Assembly (NCBI RefSeq): GCF_004010195.1
Contig: NC_057719.1
Span: 47,448,814-47,470,905 of the forward strand
DNA from: Chiloscyllium plagiosum
Lineage: Eukaryota
Direction of reading: 5' to 3'
DNA length: 22,092 nt
Made by a program: the position numbers and the translations under genes. This document shows positions 1 through 11,236 of the stretch, piece by piece (within the stretch, counting starts at the first letter, position 1; the number at the start of each line of letters is the position of its first letter). The notes under the pieces are model-generated. The model had not been told where the DNA came from and searched no databases. It saw only the letters and a program-made list of their open reading frames with translations.

Positions 1-690
1 GATTAAAGATGTAACAGCAGATGTCTACATGGACTTTAGCAAGGCCTTCAACATTCTGGTGGTAGACTAACTAGTAAGGTTAGATCATGTGGGATCCAGG
101 GCGAGCTAGCTCATTGAATAGAAAATTGGCTTGACCGTAGGAGATGGAGGTGGTGGTAGAGGGTTGTTCAGACTGGAGGTCTGAGACCAATAGTGTGCCG
201 CAAGCTTGTTGTTGGTCATAAAGATAAACTATTTGAATGAGAATATGGGAGTCACGTTTAATAAGTTTGCAGATGACACTAAAATTGGTGGTGTAGTGGA
301 CAGTGAAGAAGGGTATCTGAGTACAAGGGGATATTGATCAACTGGGCCAGTGGGCCAAGAAATAGCAGATGGTGTTTAATTCGGATAAATCTCAGTTGCA
401 TTTTCATAAGACAAACCAGGGCAGGACTTAAACAGTTAATGGTAGGGCTCTGAGGAGTATTTTTGAAGAGGAGGGACCCAAGGGTGCAGATACAGAGTTA
501 CTTGAAAGTGCCATCACAGGTAGACAGTGTGAAGGAGGTGTTTGGCATGCTTGTTTTCATCAGTGACGGCATTGGGTAAAGGAGTTGAAACGTCATGTTA
601 TGGTTGTATAAGACATCACTAAAACCATGATTGGAATACTCTGTACAGTTCTGGTCACCCTGCTATAGGAAGAATGTTAGTTAAACTGGT
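1..690 (+). mobile_element. Decayed CR1-clade LINE fragment, ORF2 reverse transcriptase region; runs off the window start
   Basis: Encodes DVYMDFSKAF (near 20-50), KFADDTKIGGVVDSEEG (near 264-315) and EYSVQFWSP (near 635-660). It has many stops and indels and is collinear with the RT region of the CR1 copy at 12530-13220. Confidence 0.9.
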
Positions 691-840
691 AAGTGATTTG
701 CTGCAGTCCATTTGGTGTATGTTCCTTTTGTTTAGCATGCATATTTTATGTCAGAACTTCAGTTTTAGACTCACTGGCATGTTCCTCACACTTAAGATGG
801 AGCTCGTATCCAGGATTGATAATCGTATTAGTGATATGCT

Positions 841-1150
841 TAGATTAGATTCCCTACAGTGTGGAAACAGGTCCTTCAGCTCAGGTCCACACTGACCCTC
901 CAAAGAGCAATCTACCCAGACCCATTCCCCTACACTTACCCCATACCAATCCACCTGACACTACAGGCAATTTAGCATGGCCAATTCACTTAACCTGCAC
1001 ATCTTTGGACAGTGGGAGGAAACCGGAGCATCTGAAGGAAACCCATACAGACACTGGGAGAATATGCAAGCTCCACACAGTTGCCTGAGGCAGGAATTGA
1101 ACCCGGGTCCCTGGCGCTGAGAGGCAGCAGTGCTAAACGCTCGGGCCATT
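841..1150 (-). mobile_element. HE1-like tRNA-derived V-SINE, near full length, with a degraded A box
   Basis: The minus strand reads a tRNA-like head with B box GGTTCAATTCC, a V-domain-like core (GCTCCGGTTTCCTCCCAC..TCCAAAGATGTGCAGGTTA..TGAATTGGCCATGCTAAATTGCC) and a CR1-like tail (GAAGGACCTGTTTCCACACTGTAGGG) ending in (AATCT)n. It is highly similar to the copy at 6441-6750. A weak TSD is possible: TATGCT 835-840 and TATGTT 1150-1155. Confidence 0.9.
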
Positions 1151-1334
1151 ATGTTATGGATTCTGGTGGAATAAAATTTTGCAGATGATCCTCAATGCCT
1201 TGATGAAAGTTCAAATCTATGCAGATAAATCCGTTCTGAATCTATTCCATTGCCTTTAATTGTGGCATATAGTAGATGAGGTACTGGGCCCTGCTCTCCA
1301 CAGGAGCAGCCACTGCACAGCTATTATCAGTGCA

Positions 1335-1650
1335 ATCTAGAACTCATTCATGCTACACTACTTTTGTACTAAACTACACGAATGCATTCCCAGCAGGTCT
1401 ACGACATTCTACACTTGAGGTCATCCATGACTCGACTCATGTCTTAGACCAAGTGCCTTTCTCCACCACTGTACTTGTTGACTTGCTTTGGCTCATGATT
1501 TCTTGAGTTTTAAATTTCCATTTTTACTTTCAGGCTTCTATGGCCTTGGTTTTCCCTATGTGTTAATGGCTCCATCCTGCAACCCCTTGAGTTATCTATA
1601 ATTGACCCATTTTGATCACCCATGCACTTCTGACTTTGTGGCATCACCAA
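1335..1650 (+). mobile_element. Ancient L2-clade LINE fragment, ORF2 C-terminal region
   Basis: The ORF 1276-1506 translation LNYTNAFPAGLRHSTLEVIHDS...TTVLVDLLWL matches the L2 pattern RLDYSNALLAGLP-STL-KL--IQNSAAR...ITPVLADLHWLP. It is followed by TTTAAATTTCC (the FKI-like motif). Confidence 0.7.
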
Positions 1651-1792
1651 GGTGAAACAATTAATGAATGTGTTTGAGCTGGAGTCTTACTTTTGAGGTT
1701 GGTAGCTTGTCAGGAAATTTTTCAGCTCAGCTCCCCAACCTAAGGAATATGTGCTTTTCACTTCAGGGAGATAAAATAGAAATGAGTAACCA

Positions 1793-2941
1793 GAATGCTG
1801 TTTATGCTGTTTGGCATGCAAGTAGTCCTGTTTGGCACCTGCACCAGTTTGGCGCTTCATTTTTATGTATGCCTGGTATTACTTCTGGCATGCCCTCCTG
1901 AACTCTCCATGGAAACTGGCTTGATGGTAGTGGTTGAATGTGAGATATTGCAGACCATGAGGTTGCAATTGTGTTGGGAGTACAAATCTTCTGTTCGCCA
2001 CAACATCTCCATGGAGACCCAGTCTTGAGTTGAGAGATCTGTTCAAAATCTTTGCTATTCAGCATGATGATGGTGCCTTACAACCATGATGGAGGGTATT
2101 GTGAAGTCAGGACTTTGTCCTCATAAGGTGGTCACTCTTACTGATACTGACATGGATAGATGCATCTGTGTAGCAGGCAAATTGGTGAGGATGAAGTTAT
2201 GGATTTATTCCCCTCATGCTGGTTCCCTCACCACCTACTGCAGACTCAGTTTTGCAGCTATGCCCTTGAGCTGGTCAGGTTGTAAATCAGCAGTACTGTC
2301 GCGGAGCCACTCTTAGTTCTGGACATTAAAATACCCCACTCAGAATACATTTTGTGCCTATTCCACTCTGTGTGCTTCTTCCAAGTATTGTTCAACATGG
2401 AGAAGTATTGATTTGTCAGCTATGGGAGGAAATATGTGGTAATCAGCAGGCAGTTTCCTTGCCCATGTTTAGTTTGAAGCCGTGAGATCTCTTGGGGTCC
2501 ACAGTCAATGTTGAGGGCACCCAGGGCAACTCATTCTGTGCTGCCACCTCTGGGTGTGTCCTACATTTCAGACAGGACATATCCATGGAGGGTAATAGTG
2601 TGCCTGCTGTCTGTAGCTTATGATTCCAAACGTATGACTGTCAGGCTGCTGCTTGATTAATTGTTGATGCAGTTCTCCCAATTTTGGCACCAGTCCAGCT
2701 GTAAGTAAGGAGTCAGGGCTGATTTTGCTATGGCCTTCACTGGTGCCTAGGTTGATGTTGGGTGATCTGCTTGGTTTCATTTCTTTATTGAGATGTTGTA
2801 ACAATTGATAGAACTAAGTGGCATGCTAGGCCCTTTCAAAGGGAGTTGAGTCAGCCACGTTGCTGAGAGTCTGGAGTCACATGAAGGTTAGACTAGGTGA
2901 GTATGGCAGGTTTTCTTCTCTGAAGAACTTAGTGAGTCAGA
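1793..2941 (-). mobile_element. Second non-LTR retrotransposon family (CR1/L2 group, clade undetermined): upstream region, APE endonuclease and linker, decayed
   Basis: The minus strand encodes LLTAGLVPKLGELHQQLIKQQPD (APE start), HGQGNCLLITT, a degenerate GDFNVH (GGGTATTTTAATGTCCAG) and FILTNL..DASIHVSISKSDH (APE end). It is homologous to the copy at 20690-20908. Confidence 0.8.
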
Positions 2942-3131
2942 TCAAGAATCTCTCTCTCAAATATAAAAAAGGACACTGCCTCTCTGTGCTCTGTGGCAAT
3001 GAGTTGCAAAGGGTCTCAACGCTAACAGAAGAAATTGCTCTTCATCCAGTCTTAAATTGGCACCCCTTTATTCTAAGATGATGCCCTGTGATCTTGGATT
3101 CTTCCATGAGGGGCAACATCCCCTCAGCATT
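2942..3131 (-). mobile_element. Short old CR1-like 3' ORF2 fragment
   Basis: Its reverse complement resembles the CR1 segment around 'MLPL-EES-TRGH-L-IKG--FKT--RRNFF-QRV---WNSLPQ'. ORF 3042-3260 ends EGMLPLMEESKITGHHLRIKGCQFKTG. Confidence 0.7.
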
Positions 3132-3462
3132 ATGGCAATGTTGTCCTGTCATCTTATTGAGGATACCATGAGGATATTGTTTGTGATAGCCTGTAGCATT
3201 ATGACAGTATACATGGGATGGATTGCAAACAGATCTAGCAGCTGAAATCTTGCCATCCACAGAAGCTGTAGACCTTCATTAGCAGAATAGTGTTCAACCT
3301 CCATGGTGTCTGACTGAACTGTAACCATCACTATGGCTCAATGATGAGTAGAGGAGAGCACACCAAGAGCAGCATTGAGCATACAAGTAACTGATCAAAG
3401 CTTTGCAATCCTGATCAAGTCCAATTGTGGGTAGTGGTGCGCGCACACATAATTGAGAGAGA

Positions 3463-3743
3463 GATGTTGTAACTTTGCCAGCATCCGCCACTTCCTGTAG
3501 AAGTTCATTCCACACATATACACAAACTGGTTAATTATTTAAAAAAAAAGTTGTCCCTCATGTCTGTCTTTTAAGGTGAGGGGAGGAAGATTATTTTTAA
3601 AAATGCCCCTTGTCTTGAAATCCCCACCCTAAGGAAAATACCCTTGCTCTTTCCCCTTATCTATGCCCCTCATGATATAAAACCTTTTATAACATCACCC
3701 CTGAACATCATACACTACAGGGAAGAAAGTTCCAGTCTAGCCA
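3463..3743 (-). mobile_element. Outer CR1 LINE, 3' part; continues at 7635 after a nested insertion
   Basis: The reverse complement matches the CR1 ORF2 C-terminus (MWNELLQEVADAG; GGCATAGATAAGG). It joins 7640 seamlessly: ...CCAGTCTAGCC | AGCCTTTCCTTATAACTCAAACCC. Confidence 0.8.
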
Positions 3744-4033
3744 TCTGATAGTGAGGCTAGGAATAGAGTTATGATCAACATGTGTAGGAGCGAGGGCTTT
3801 AGATATGTGGATCATCTGGGGAAGGTGGGACCTGTACAAGGACAGGTTGCATGTGAACTGGAGCAGTACCAGTATCCTGGGCGGGAGGTATGCTAGAGCT
3901 CATCTGGAGGGTTTAAAGTGGATTGGCAGGGAAGTGGGAACCAGAGCTATGGATCAGATGGAGTAAGTAGTGAACCTCCAGATACAGCTTACAGAGAGTC
4001 AGTGAGGAGGGATAGCCCTCGATAGGGCAAAGA

Positions 4034-4619
4034 TGCGGCTGTACAGGACATTGGTTAGGCCGCTATTGGAAAATTGCATGCAATTCTGGTCTCCTTCCTA
4101 TCGGAGAGATGTTGTGAAACTTGAAAGGGTTTAGAAAAGATTTAGAAGGATGTTGCCAGGGTTGGAGGATTTGAGCTATAGGGAGAGGTTGAACAGGCTG
4201 GGGCTGTTTTCCCTTGTGTGGAGGCTGAGGGGTGACCTTTTATAGAGGTTTACAAAATTGAGGGGCATCGATGGGGGGAAAAAAAAATAGGCAAAGTCTT
4301 TTTCCCTGGATTGGGGGTGTCCAAAACTAGCGGGCATAGGTTTAGCTTGAGAGGGGAATGATATAAAAGGGACAGAAAGGGCAACGTTTTTACGCAGAGG
4401 GTTGTACATGTATGGAATGAGCTGCCAGAGGATGTGGTGGAGGCTGGTACAATTGCAACATTTAAGAGGCATTTCGATGGGTATATGAATAGGAAGGGTT
4501 TGGAGGGATATGGGCCAGATGCTGGCAAGTGGGACTAGATTGGATTGGGATATCGAGTTGGCATGGACGGGTTGGACCAAAGGGTCTGTTTCCATGCTGT
4601 ACATCTCTATGACTCTATG
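4034..4619 (+). mobile_element. 5'-truncated HER1-like CR1 3' fragment nested in the CR1 at 3744-7639
   Basis: It is highly similar to 13129-13686 and ends in the 8-nt tail repeat CTCTATGACTCTATG. The host sequence resumes across it (GGGCAAAGATGC | ATTCAGTGTGATGGG). Confidence 0.92.
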
Positions 4620-6440
4620 TATTCAGTGTGATGGGTTGAAGTATCAGGAATGAGTGATGAGCTTAGAGCATGAATCAGTACTTGGAACTATGATTTTGTG
4701 GCTGTGATGGAAACTTGGATATCACTGAGACAGGAATGGTTGTTGGATGTTCCAGGGTTTAGATGCTTCAAAAGAAATAGGAGGGCAGCTAAGAGGTGGA
4801 GGAGTGGCATTGCTAATCAGGGATAGTGTCACAGCTGCAGAAAGGGAGGTCATTGAGAAGTTTCTTGAGGGTCTGTATGGGTGGAAGTCAAAAACAGGAA
4901 AGGAGCAGTTACTTGGGAGTTTCTTTGGATCCCCTATTTGCAACACAGGAGAAGATTGGGAGGCAGATTTTGGAAAAGTGCTGAAGTAACAGGGTTGTCG
5001 TCATGTGTGACTTGCCGAACATTGATTGGAACCTGCTCAGTTCAAATAGTTTGGATGGAGCAGTTTTGGTCGGATGTGTCAGGAAAGGTTCCTGGCGTAA
5101 TATGTACATAGGCTGACTAGAGAGGAGGCCATACTAGATTTGGTGTTTGGCAACAGACCATGTCAGGTGTCAGATCTCAGTAGGAGAGCATTTTGGTAAT
5201 AGTGATCACAACTCCCTGTACTGTACTCATGGAGAGGGATAGGAGCAGATGGGGAAGAATATAATTGGGGGAGGGGGGATTACAATGCAATTAGGCAGGA
5301 ACTGGAGAACCTAAATTGGGAACAAATGTTCTCTAGGAAATGCATAACAATTGTGGAGATTTGTTTAAGAAGCAATTGCTGATACTGCTAGACACGTTTG
5401 TCCCAAGGAGGGGATGGTAAGTTGAAAGAACCTTGGGTGACCAGAGATGTGGGACATCTAGTCAAGAGGAAGAACCTTGCTTAAGGTTGAGGAGGCAAGA
5501 ATCAGACAGGGCTGTAGAGGGTTACAACCTAGCTGGGAAGGAACTGAAGAATGGACTTAGAGCTCGAGGGTATGAGAAAACTTTAGCAGGTAGGATTAAG
5601 GAAAGCCCTAAAGTGTTCTACACTTGAGAAACATGAGGACCAGGCCAATCAGGGATAGTGGAGGGAGCTTGCGCCTGGAGGAAGAGGAGGTCCTTTTTAA
5701 TAAACCTTTTGCTTCAGTATTCACTACAGAGAGGGACATTCACGTTTGAGGGCAGCATGAAACAGACTGATATACTTGAACAGGTTGATTTTTGAGGAGG
5801 AAGTGCTGAAAACTTTGAAATTTGTGATGATAGATAAATTCCCAGGCCAGATGGGATATACCCTAGGTTATTACAGGAAGTGAGGAAAGAGGTTGCTGCG
5901 CCTTTGGCGATGATCTTTGCTGCCTCACTGGAGTAGTGCTAGATGATTGGAGGGCGGCAAATGTTATCCCCTTGTTCGAGAAAGGGCATAGCGATAATCC
6001 TGGGATTTTAAAGACCAGTCAGTCTCGCATCAATAGTGGGTAAAGAATTGAAGAGGATTCTGAGAGACCGGATTTGAGATTATTTGGAAAACCATAATTT
6101 GGTTGCAGATAGTCAGTATGGCTTTCCGAGGGGCAGGTCATGCCCCTCAAGCCTTTATTGAATTTTTTGAGGATTTGATACACCACATGCACTACTCTAC
6201 TTCCAGTGTGTTTTATGTGGATTTTGGCAAGGTGTTTGATAAGGTTCCCCATGGTAGGCTCATTCAGAAATGAAGGAGGCATGGAAATCTGGCTGTCTAG
6301 ATACAGAATTAGTTGGCCCATAAAAGACAGAGGGTGGTGGTAGATAGAAAGTATTCAGCCTGGAGCTTGGTGACCAGAGGTGTTCCACGGGGATCTGTTC
6401 TGGGATCTCTGCTCTGTGATTTTTTTATAAATAACTTGAT

Positions 6441-6750
6441 TGATTAGATTAGATTACTTAGTGTGGAAACAGGCCCTTCGGCCCAACAAGTCCACACCGC
6501 CCCGCGAAGAGCAGCCCACCCATACCCCTACATCTACCCTTTACCTAACACTACGGGCAATTTAGCATGGCCAATTCACCTGACCTACACATCTTTAGGA
6601 CTGTGGGAGGAAACCGGAGCACCCGGAGGAAACCCACACAGACACGGGGAGAACGTGCAAACTCCGCAGTCAGTCGCCTGAGGCGGGAATTGAACCCGGG
6701 TCTCTGGTGCTGTGAGGCAGCAGTGCTAACCACTGTGCCACCGTGCCGCC
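6441..6750 (-). mobile_element. Full-length HE1-like V-SINE nested in the CR1 RT domain
   Basis: The minus strand starts GGCGGCACGGTGGCACAGTGGTTAGCACTG and has A and B boxes, a V-domain-like core and the tail GGGCCGAAGGGCCTGTTTCCACAC...(TAATC)3. It splits the host RT between FINNL.. (6440) and EEVERWVNKFADD (6751). Confidence 0.95.
6686..6740 (-). promoter_or_regulatory. Internal RNA polymerase III type-2 promoter of the SINE (A box and B box)
   Basis: The A box TGGCACAGTGG (6740-6730) fits TRGCNNAGYGG and the B box GGTTCAATTCC (6696-6686) fits GGTTCRANTCC, with tRNA-like spacing. Confidence 0.8.
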
Positions 6751-7634
6751 GAGGAAGTGGAAAGGTGGGTTAATAAGTTTGCTGATGACGTGAAGGTTCA
6801 TGGAGTGGTAGATGGTATGGAGGGTTGTTGTAGGTTGCATTGGGACATGGACAGGATGCAGAACTGGACTGAGAAGTTGCAGATGGAATTCACCCTGGAA
6901 AAGTATGAAGTGATTCACTTTGGAAGGTTGAATTTGAATGCAGCATACAGGGTTAAAGGCAGGATTCTTGGTAGTGTGGAGGAACAGCGGGATCTTGGAG
7001 TCCACATCCATAGATCCGTCAAAGTTGCCACCCAAGTTAATAGGATTGTTAAGAAGGCATATGGTGTGTTGGCTTTCATTTTCTGGACAATTGAGTTTAA
7101 GAGCCATGAGGTTATGCTATAGAGCCCTGGTTAGATCACACTTAGAATATTGTGTTTAGTTCTGGTAGCCCCGTTGTAGGAAGAATGTGGAAGCTTTAGA
7201 GAGGGTGCAGAGGAGATTTACCAGGATGCAGCCTAGACTGGAGGGAATGTCTTTTGAAGAAAGGTTGAGGGAGGTGGGAGCGAAGAAGGATGAGAGGTGA
7301 CTGGATAGAGGTGTATAAGATGATGAGTGAGAGGCACAGATAGTGGATGGCCGGATACTTTACTTTTCCCCAGGACAGAGATGGCTTTCATGAGGCATAA
7401 TTTTAAGGTGATGGGAAGGTTTTAAGGGAGATGTCAGAGGTAGGCTCTTTACTACCACTGCTGGCAGTGTATTCCACACACCTACCACTGTGTAGATTCC
7501 GATACACTAGGGACATTTTAAGTGACTCTTGGATAGGCACATGGAAGGTCGGTTAGTTTGATCTGAGAGTAGGATGAAAGGTTGGCACAATATCGAGGGC
7601 CGAAGGGTCTGTACTGTGGTGTATTGTTCTATGT

Positions 7635-9185
7635 TCTATCCAGCCTTTCCTTATAACTCAAACCCTTCATTTTGGCATCCTCCTGGTAAATCTCTTCTGA
7701 ACCCTGTCTGGCTTAATAATATCCTTTTTATATAGTAGAACAACCAGAACTGCACACAGTACTCCACAAGAGGCCTCACCAATGTCTTGTACGACTTCAA
7801 CATGATGTCCCAAATCCTATATTTGGGTCTGAGCAATGAAGGCAAGTGTGCTAAACCCCACCTTAATCACCCTATCTATATGTAACGCAAACTTCAAAGA
7901 ATTATATACCTGAACCCCTAGGCCTCTGTTCTACAACACCGCCAGGGCCTACTTTTAATTGTATAAGACCTGGCGTTGTTATAACAAAATGCAATACCTC
8001 TCATTTATCCAAATTAGATTTCATCTGCCGCTCCTCGCCCATTAATCAAGATTTCTTTGTAATTTTAGATAACCACGTTGGCTGTCCTCTATACCACCAA
8101 TTTTGGAGTCATTTGCAAACTTATTAATCATGCCTCCTACATTTACATCGAAATAACTAACAAAATTGGACCTAGTGCTGATCCCTGTGGGACACCGCTG
8201 GTCACAGGCCTCCAGTCTAAGAACCTTCCATCATTCTGTCTCCTGCTGTTAATTATGTATCCAATTGGCAAGCTCACCCTGAATCTCATGTGCTCTAGCT
8301 TTACTGATCAACCATGTGGAACACTCAAAAGCTTTACAAAAGTTCAAGCAAACAACGTCTAACGCTCTGCCCTCTGTTTTTGGTTACTTCCTCAAAAAAT
8401 TCGAACAAGACACAATTTCGTTAACAAAACATGTTAACTCTCCCTAATCATTCCTTGCCTCTCCAAATAAATATAAATCCTATATTTATGAATCATCTTC
8501 AACAACTTAGCCACCGTTGTCAGACTCACAGGTCCATGGTTTCCATGCTTCTCTTTGTCCCTTTTTAAAGAAAGGCATAATGTCAGCCACTTCCAGACAT
8601 CTGGCACCTCAACCGTATTTAGAGACGATACAAATATTTCGGCCTTGCAACTTCCTCCCTAACTTCCCATGGTATCCTGGAATACAGTAGATCACGTGCT
8701 GGAGATTTGTCCACCTTTTTTTGTATTTTCTAAGACCTCCAGCACTTCGTCTATTGTAATTTGAACAGTTTTCATAACATCAGTATTTATATCCCTGTTA
8801 TCTAGCCTCTTTCTTTCTCCACTGTAAAACCGACACACAATTTTCATTTGATGTCTCTGTCCTGAGGTTCAACACACAGACCACCGCTTTGATGTTTTAA
8901 GGGCTGTACTCTTTCTCTAGTGATTCGCTTATTGTTAATGTTCTTGTAGAAACTTTTTGCATTATCCTTATCTGCTAAGATTATCTTGTACCCCCTCTTT
9001 GACTTCCTGATCTCTCTCTCCAGAAGGCCCCTATACTCTCTCATACTGTTCAAGAGATTCATTTTGAATCAAATTGTCTATATCTAATAGATTCTTGACT
9101 GAACCTCAAATCTTCCTTCGTTCATTGTTCTCTAATCCTACTAGCTTTACCTTTCACTCTAACAAGAACATAATGACTGAACTCT
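7635..9185 (-). mobile_element. Outer CR1 LINE, ORF2 linker and RT part; same element as 3463-3743
   Basis: The minus strand encodes REIRKSKRGY..KSFYKNINNKRITRERV.PLK.QSG.LCVEP (ORF 8844-9062), VTSGVPQGS (8205-8180), KFAND (near 8110-8122) and KTLVRPLVEYCVQFW (ORF 7651-7845). Confidence 0.88.
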
Positions 9186-9306
9186 TGTGACAGTTTTGAT
9201 TAAACTTAAAACATAAGCCATAACTATTAATTTAACCTGGTGCAGTGTTTTGTAGAGGAATAAGACTGTGTTATTTTCTGGGTCTGTAGATTGTAAAGGA
9301 GCAAAA

Positions 9307-10503
9307 ATGGCCTTTGCAGTAATATGTACTACTTGCCAGATGTGGGAGTTAAGAGAGTTTAAGGGTTACTGCGGATTATATCTGCCATAAATGCTGTTGG
9401 ATGCAAATCTTATCAGAGCGAGTGGATCGGTTGGAGAGACAGTTAGAAGCGATGAGGGATTTGCAACAGTATGTGATGGATGGCAGTTATAGGAAGGGGG
9501 GGAAGTCTCAGATACAGTCACATAGATGGGTTAACTCCAGGATGGGTGAGAGAGGTCAGCACCTAGGGCAGGAGTCTTTTGTGGATATACCCATTTCAAA
9601 TAAGTATGCTGTTTTGGAAAATGTAGGGGCTGATGGATTCTCAGGGTAACGTAGCACGAACAGCCAAGTTTCTGGTATTGAGACTGGCTCNNNNNNNNNN
9701 NNNNNNNNNNNNNNNNNNNNNNNNNNNNNNNNNNNNNNNNNNNNNNNNNNNNNNNNNNNNNNNNNNNNNNNNNNNNNNNNNNNNNNNNNNNNNNNNNNNN
9801 NNNNNNNNNNNNNNNNNNNNNNNNNNNNNNNNNNNNNNNNNNNNNNNNNNNNNNNNNNNNNNNNNNNNNNNNNNNNNNNNNNNNNNNNNNNNNNNNNNNN
9901 NNNNNNNNNNNNNNNNNNNNNNNNNNNNNNNNNNNNNGCCAAGTTTCTTGTATTGAGACTGGCTCTAATGCAACGAGGGGTACATCGGCTTCCAAGAGAT
10001 CAATTGTGTTAGGGGATTCTCTAGTCTGAGGAACACAGAAGTTTTTGTGGCCAGCAGAGAAAAAGCAGAATAGTGTGTTGTTTCCCTGGTGCCAAGATCA
10101 AGGATCAAGTGCAGAATCTTCTCACTGGGAAGAGGGGCCAGCAAGAGGTCATTGTCCACATTGGAAGCAACGATATAGGAAGGGAAAAGGTTGAGATTCT
10201 GAAGGGAGATTAGAGAGTTAGGCAGAAATTTAAAAAAGGAGGTTCTCAAGGGTGGTAATATCTGGATTACTCCCAGTGCTACGAGCTAGTGAGAGCAGGA
10301 AGAGGAGGATAGAGCAGATGAATGAATGCATCGCTGAGGAGCTGGTGTATGGGAGAAGGATTCACATTTTTTTTGAATCATTGGAATCTCTTTTTTGGGG
10401 TGGAAGTGACCTGTACAAGGAGGACTGATTGCCCCTAAATTGGAAGGGGACTAATATACTGGCAGGGAAATTGGCAAGAATTGCTTGGGAGGATTTAAAC
10501 TAG
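9307..10503 (+). pseudogene. Disrupted CR1 ORF1: CxxC..CxxC zinc finger, leucine zipper and SGNH/GDSL esterase domain
   Basis: From the ATG at 9307 it reads MAFAVICTTCQMWE..DYICHKC and LSERVDRLERQLEAM. Esterase blocks are VLGDS (GDS 10012-10020), CFPGAKIKD, VHIGSND (to 10174), VVISGLLP and a degenerate DGLHLN. The stop is TAG at 10501-10503, with internal stops and frameshifts. Confidence 0.85.
9691..9937. other. Assembly gap (247 N)
   Basis: A run of N flanked by a near-identical 28-bp direct repeat. Confidence 0.99.
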
Positions 10504-11236
10504 TAATGTGGGGGGGACCCAGGGAGATAGTGAGGAAAGAGATCAATCTGAGACTGGTACAGTTGAGAACAGAAGTGAGTCAAATAGTCAGGGCAGGCAG
10601 GGACAAGGTAGGATTAATTAATTACACTGCATCTATTTCAATGCAAGGGGCCTAACCGGGAAGGCAGATGAACTCAGGGCAGGTTTAGGAACATGGGACT
10701 GTATCCTAGCAATTACAGAAACATGGCTCAGGGATGGGCAGGACTGGTAGCTTAATGTTCCAGGATACAAATGCTATAGGAAGGATAGAAAGAGAGGCAA
10801 GAGAGGAGGGGGACTGGCGTTTTTGGTAAGGGATAGCATTACAACTGTGCTGAGGGAGGATATTCCTGGAAATACATCCAGGGAAGTTATTTGGGTGGAA
10901 CTGAGAAATAAGAAAGGGATGATCACCTTATTGGGATTGTATTATAGACCCCCTAATTATCAGAGGGAAATTGAGAAACAAACTTGTAAGGAGATCTCAG
11001 TTATCTGTAAGAATAATAGGGTGGTTATGGTAAGGGATTTTAACTTTCCAAACAGACTAGGACTGCCATCGTGTTAAAGGTTTAGATCAGGAGGAATTTG
11101 TGTGTACAAGACAATTTTCTGATTCAGTATGTGGATGTACCTACTAGAGAAGGTGCAAAACTTGACCTACTCTTGGAAAATAAGGCAGGGCAGGTGACTG
11201 AGGTGTCAGTGGGGGAGCACTTTGGGGCCAGCAACC

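Larger units (their letters stand above)
3744..7639 (+). mobile_element. 5'-truncated CR1 LINE (end of ORF1 esterase, ORF2 APE and RT, 3' UTR), dead, with two nested insertions
   Basis: Shows the esterase tail (EGFRYVDH..WDLYKD.LHVNW), APE motifs (ETW; RGGGVALLIRDS; FGNSDHNS near 5192-5215) and RT motifs (GVPRGSVLG at 6379, KFADD at 6775-6789). The 3' end is GGGCCGAAGGGTCTGTACTG...(GTTCTAT)2 ending at 7639. It has many frameshifts and stops. Confidence 0.92.

Noticed and set aside
686..694. Consensus splice donor CTG|GTAAGT at the end of the first CR1 fragment
   Set aside because: It is only a couple of substitutions from the CR1 sequence itself, and there is no matching acceptor or open exon.
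4176..4604. Antisense ORFs recurring in HER1-like copies (also 13237-13749 and 19811-20071)
   Set aside because: They recur because the repeat recurs, and their frames and ends differ between copies.
6660..6750. tRNA gene
   Set aside because: This is the tRNA-derived head of a SINE, continuous with the V-domain-like core and LINE-like tail.
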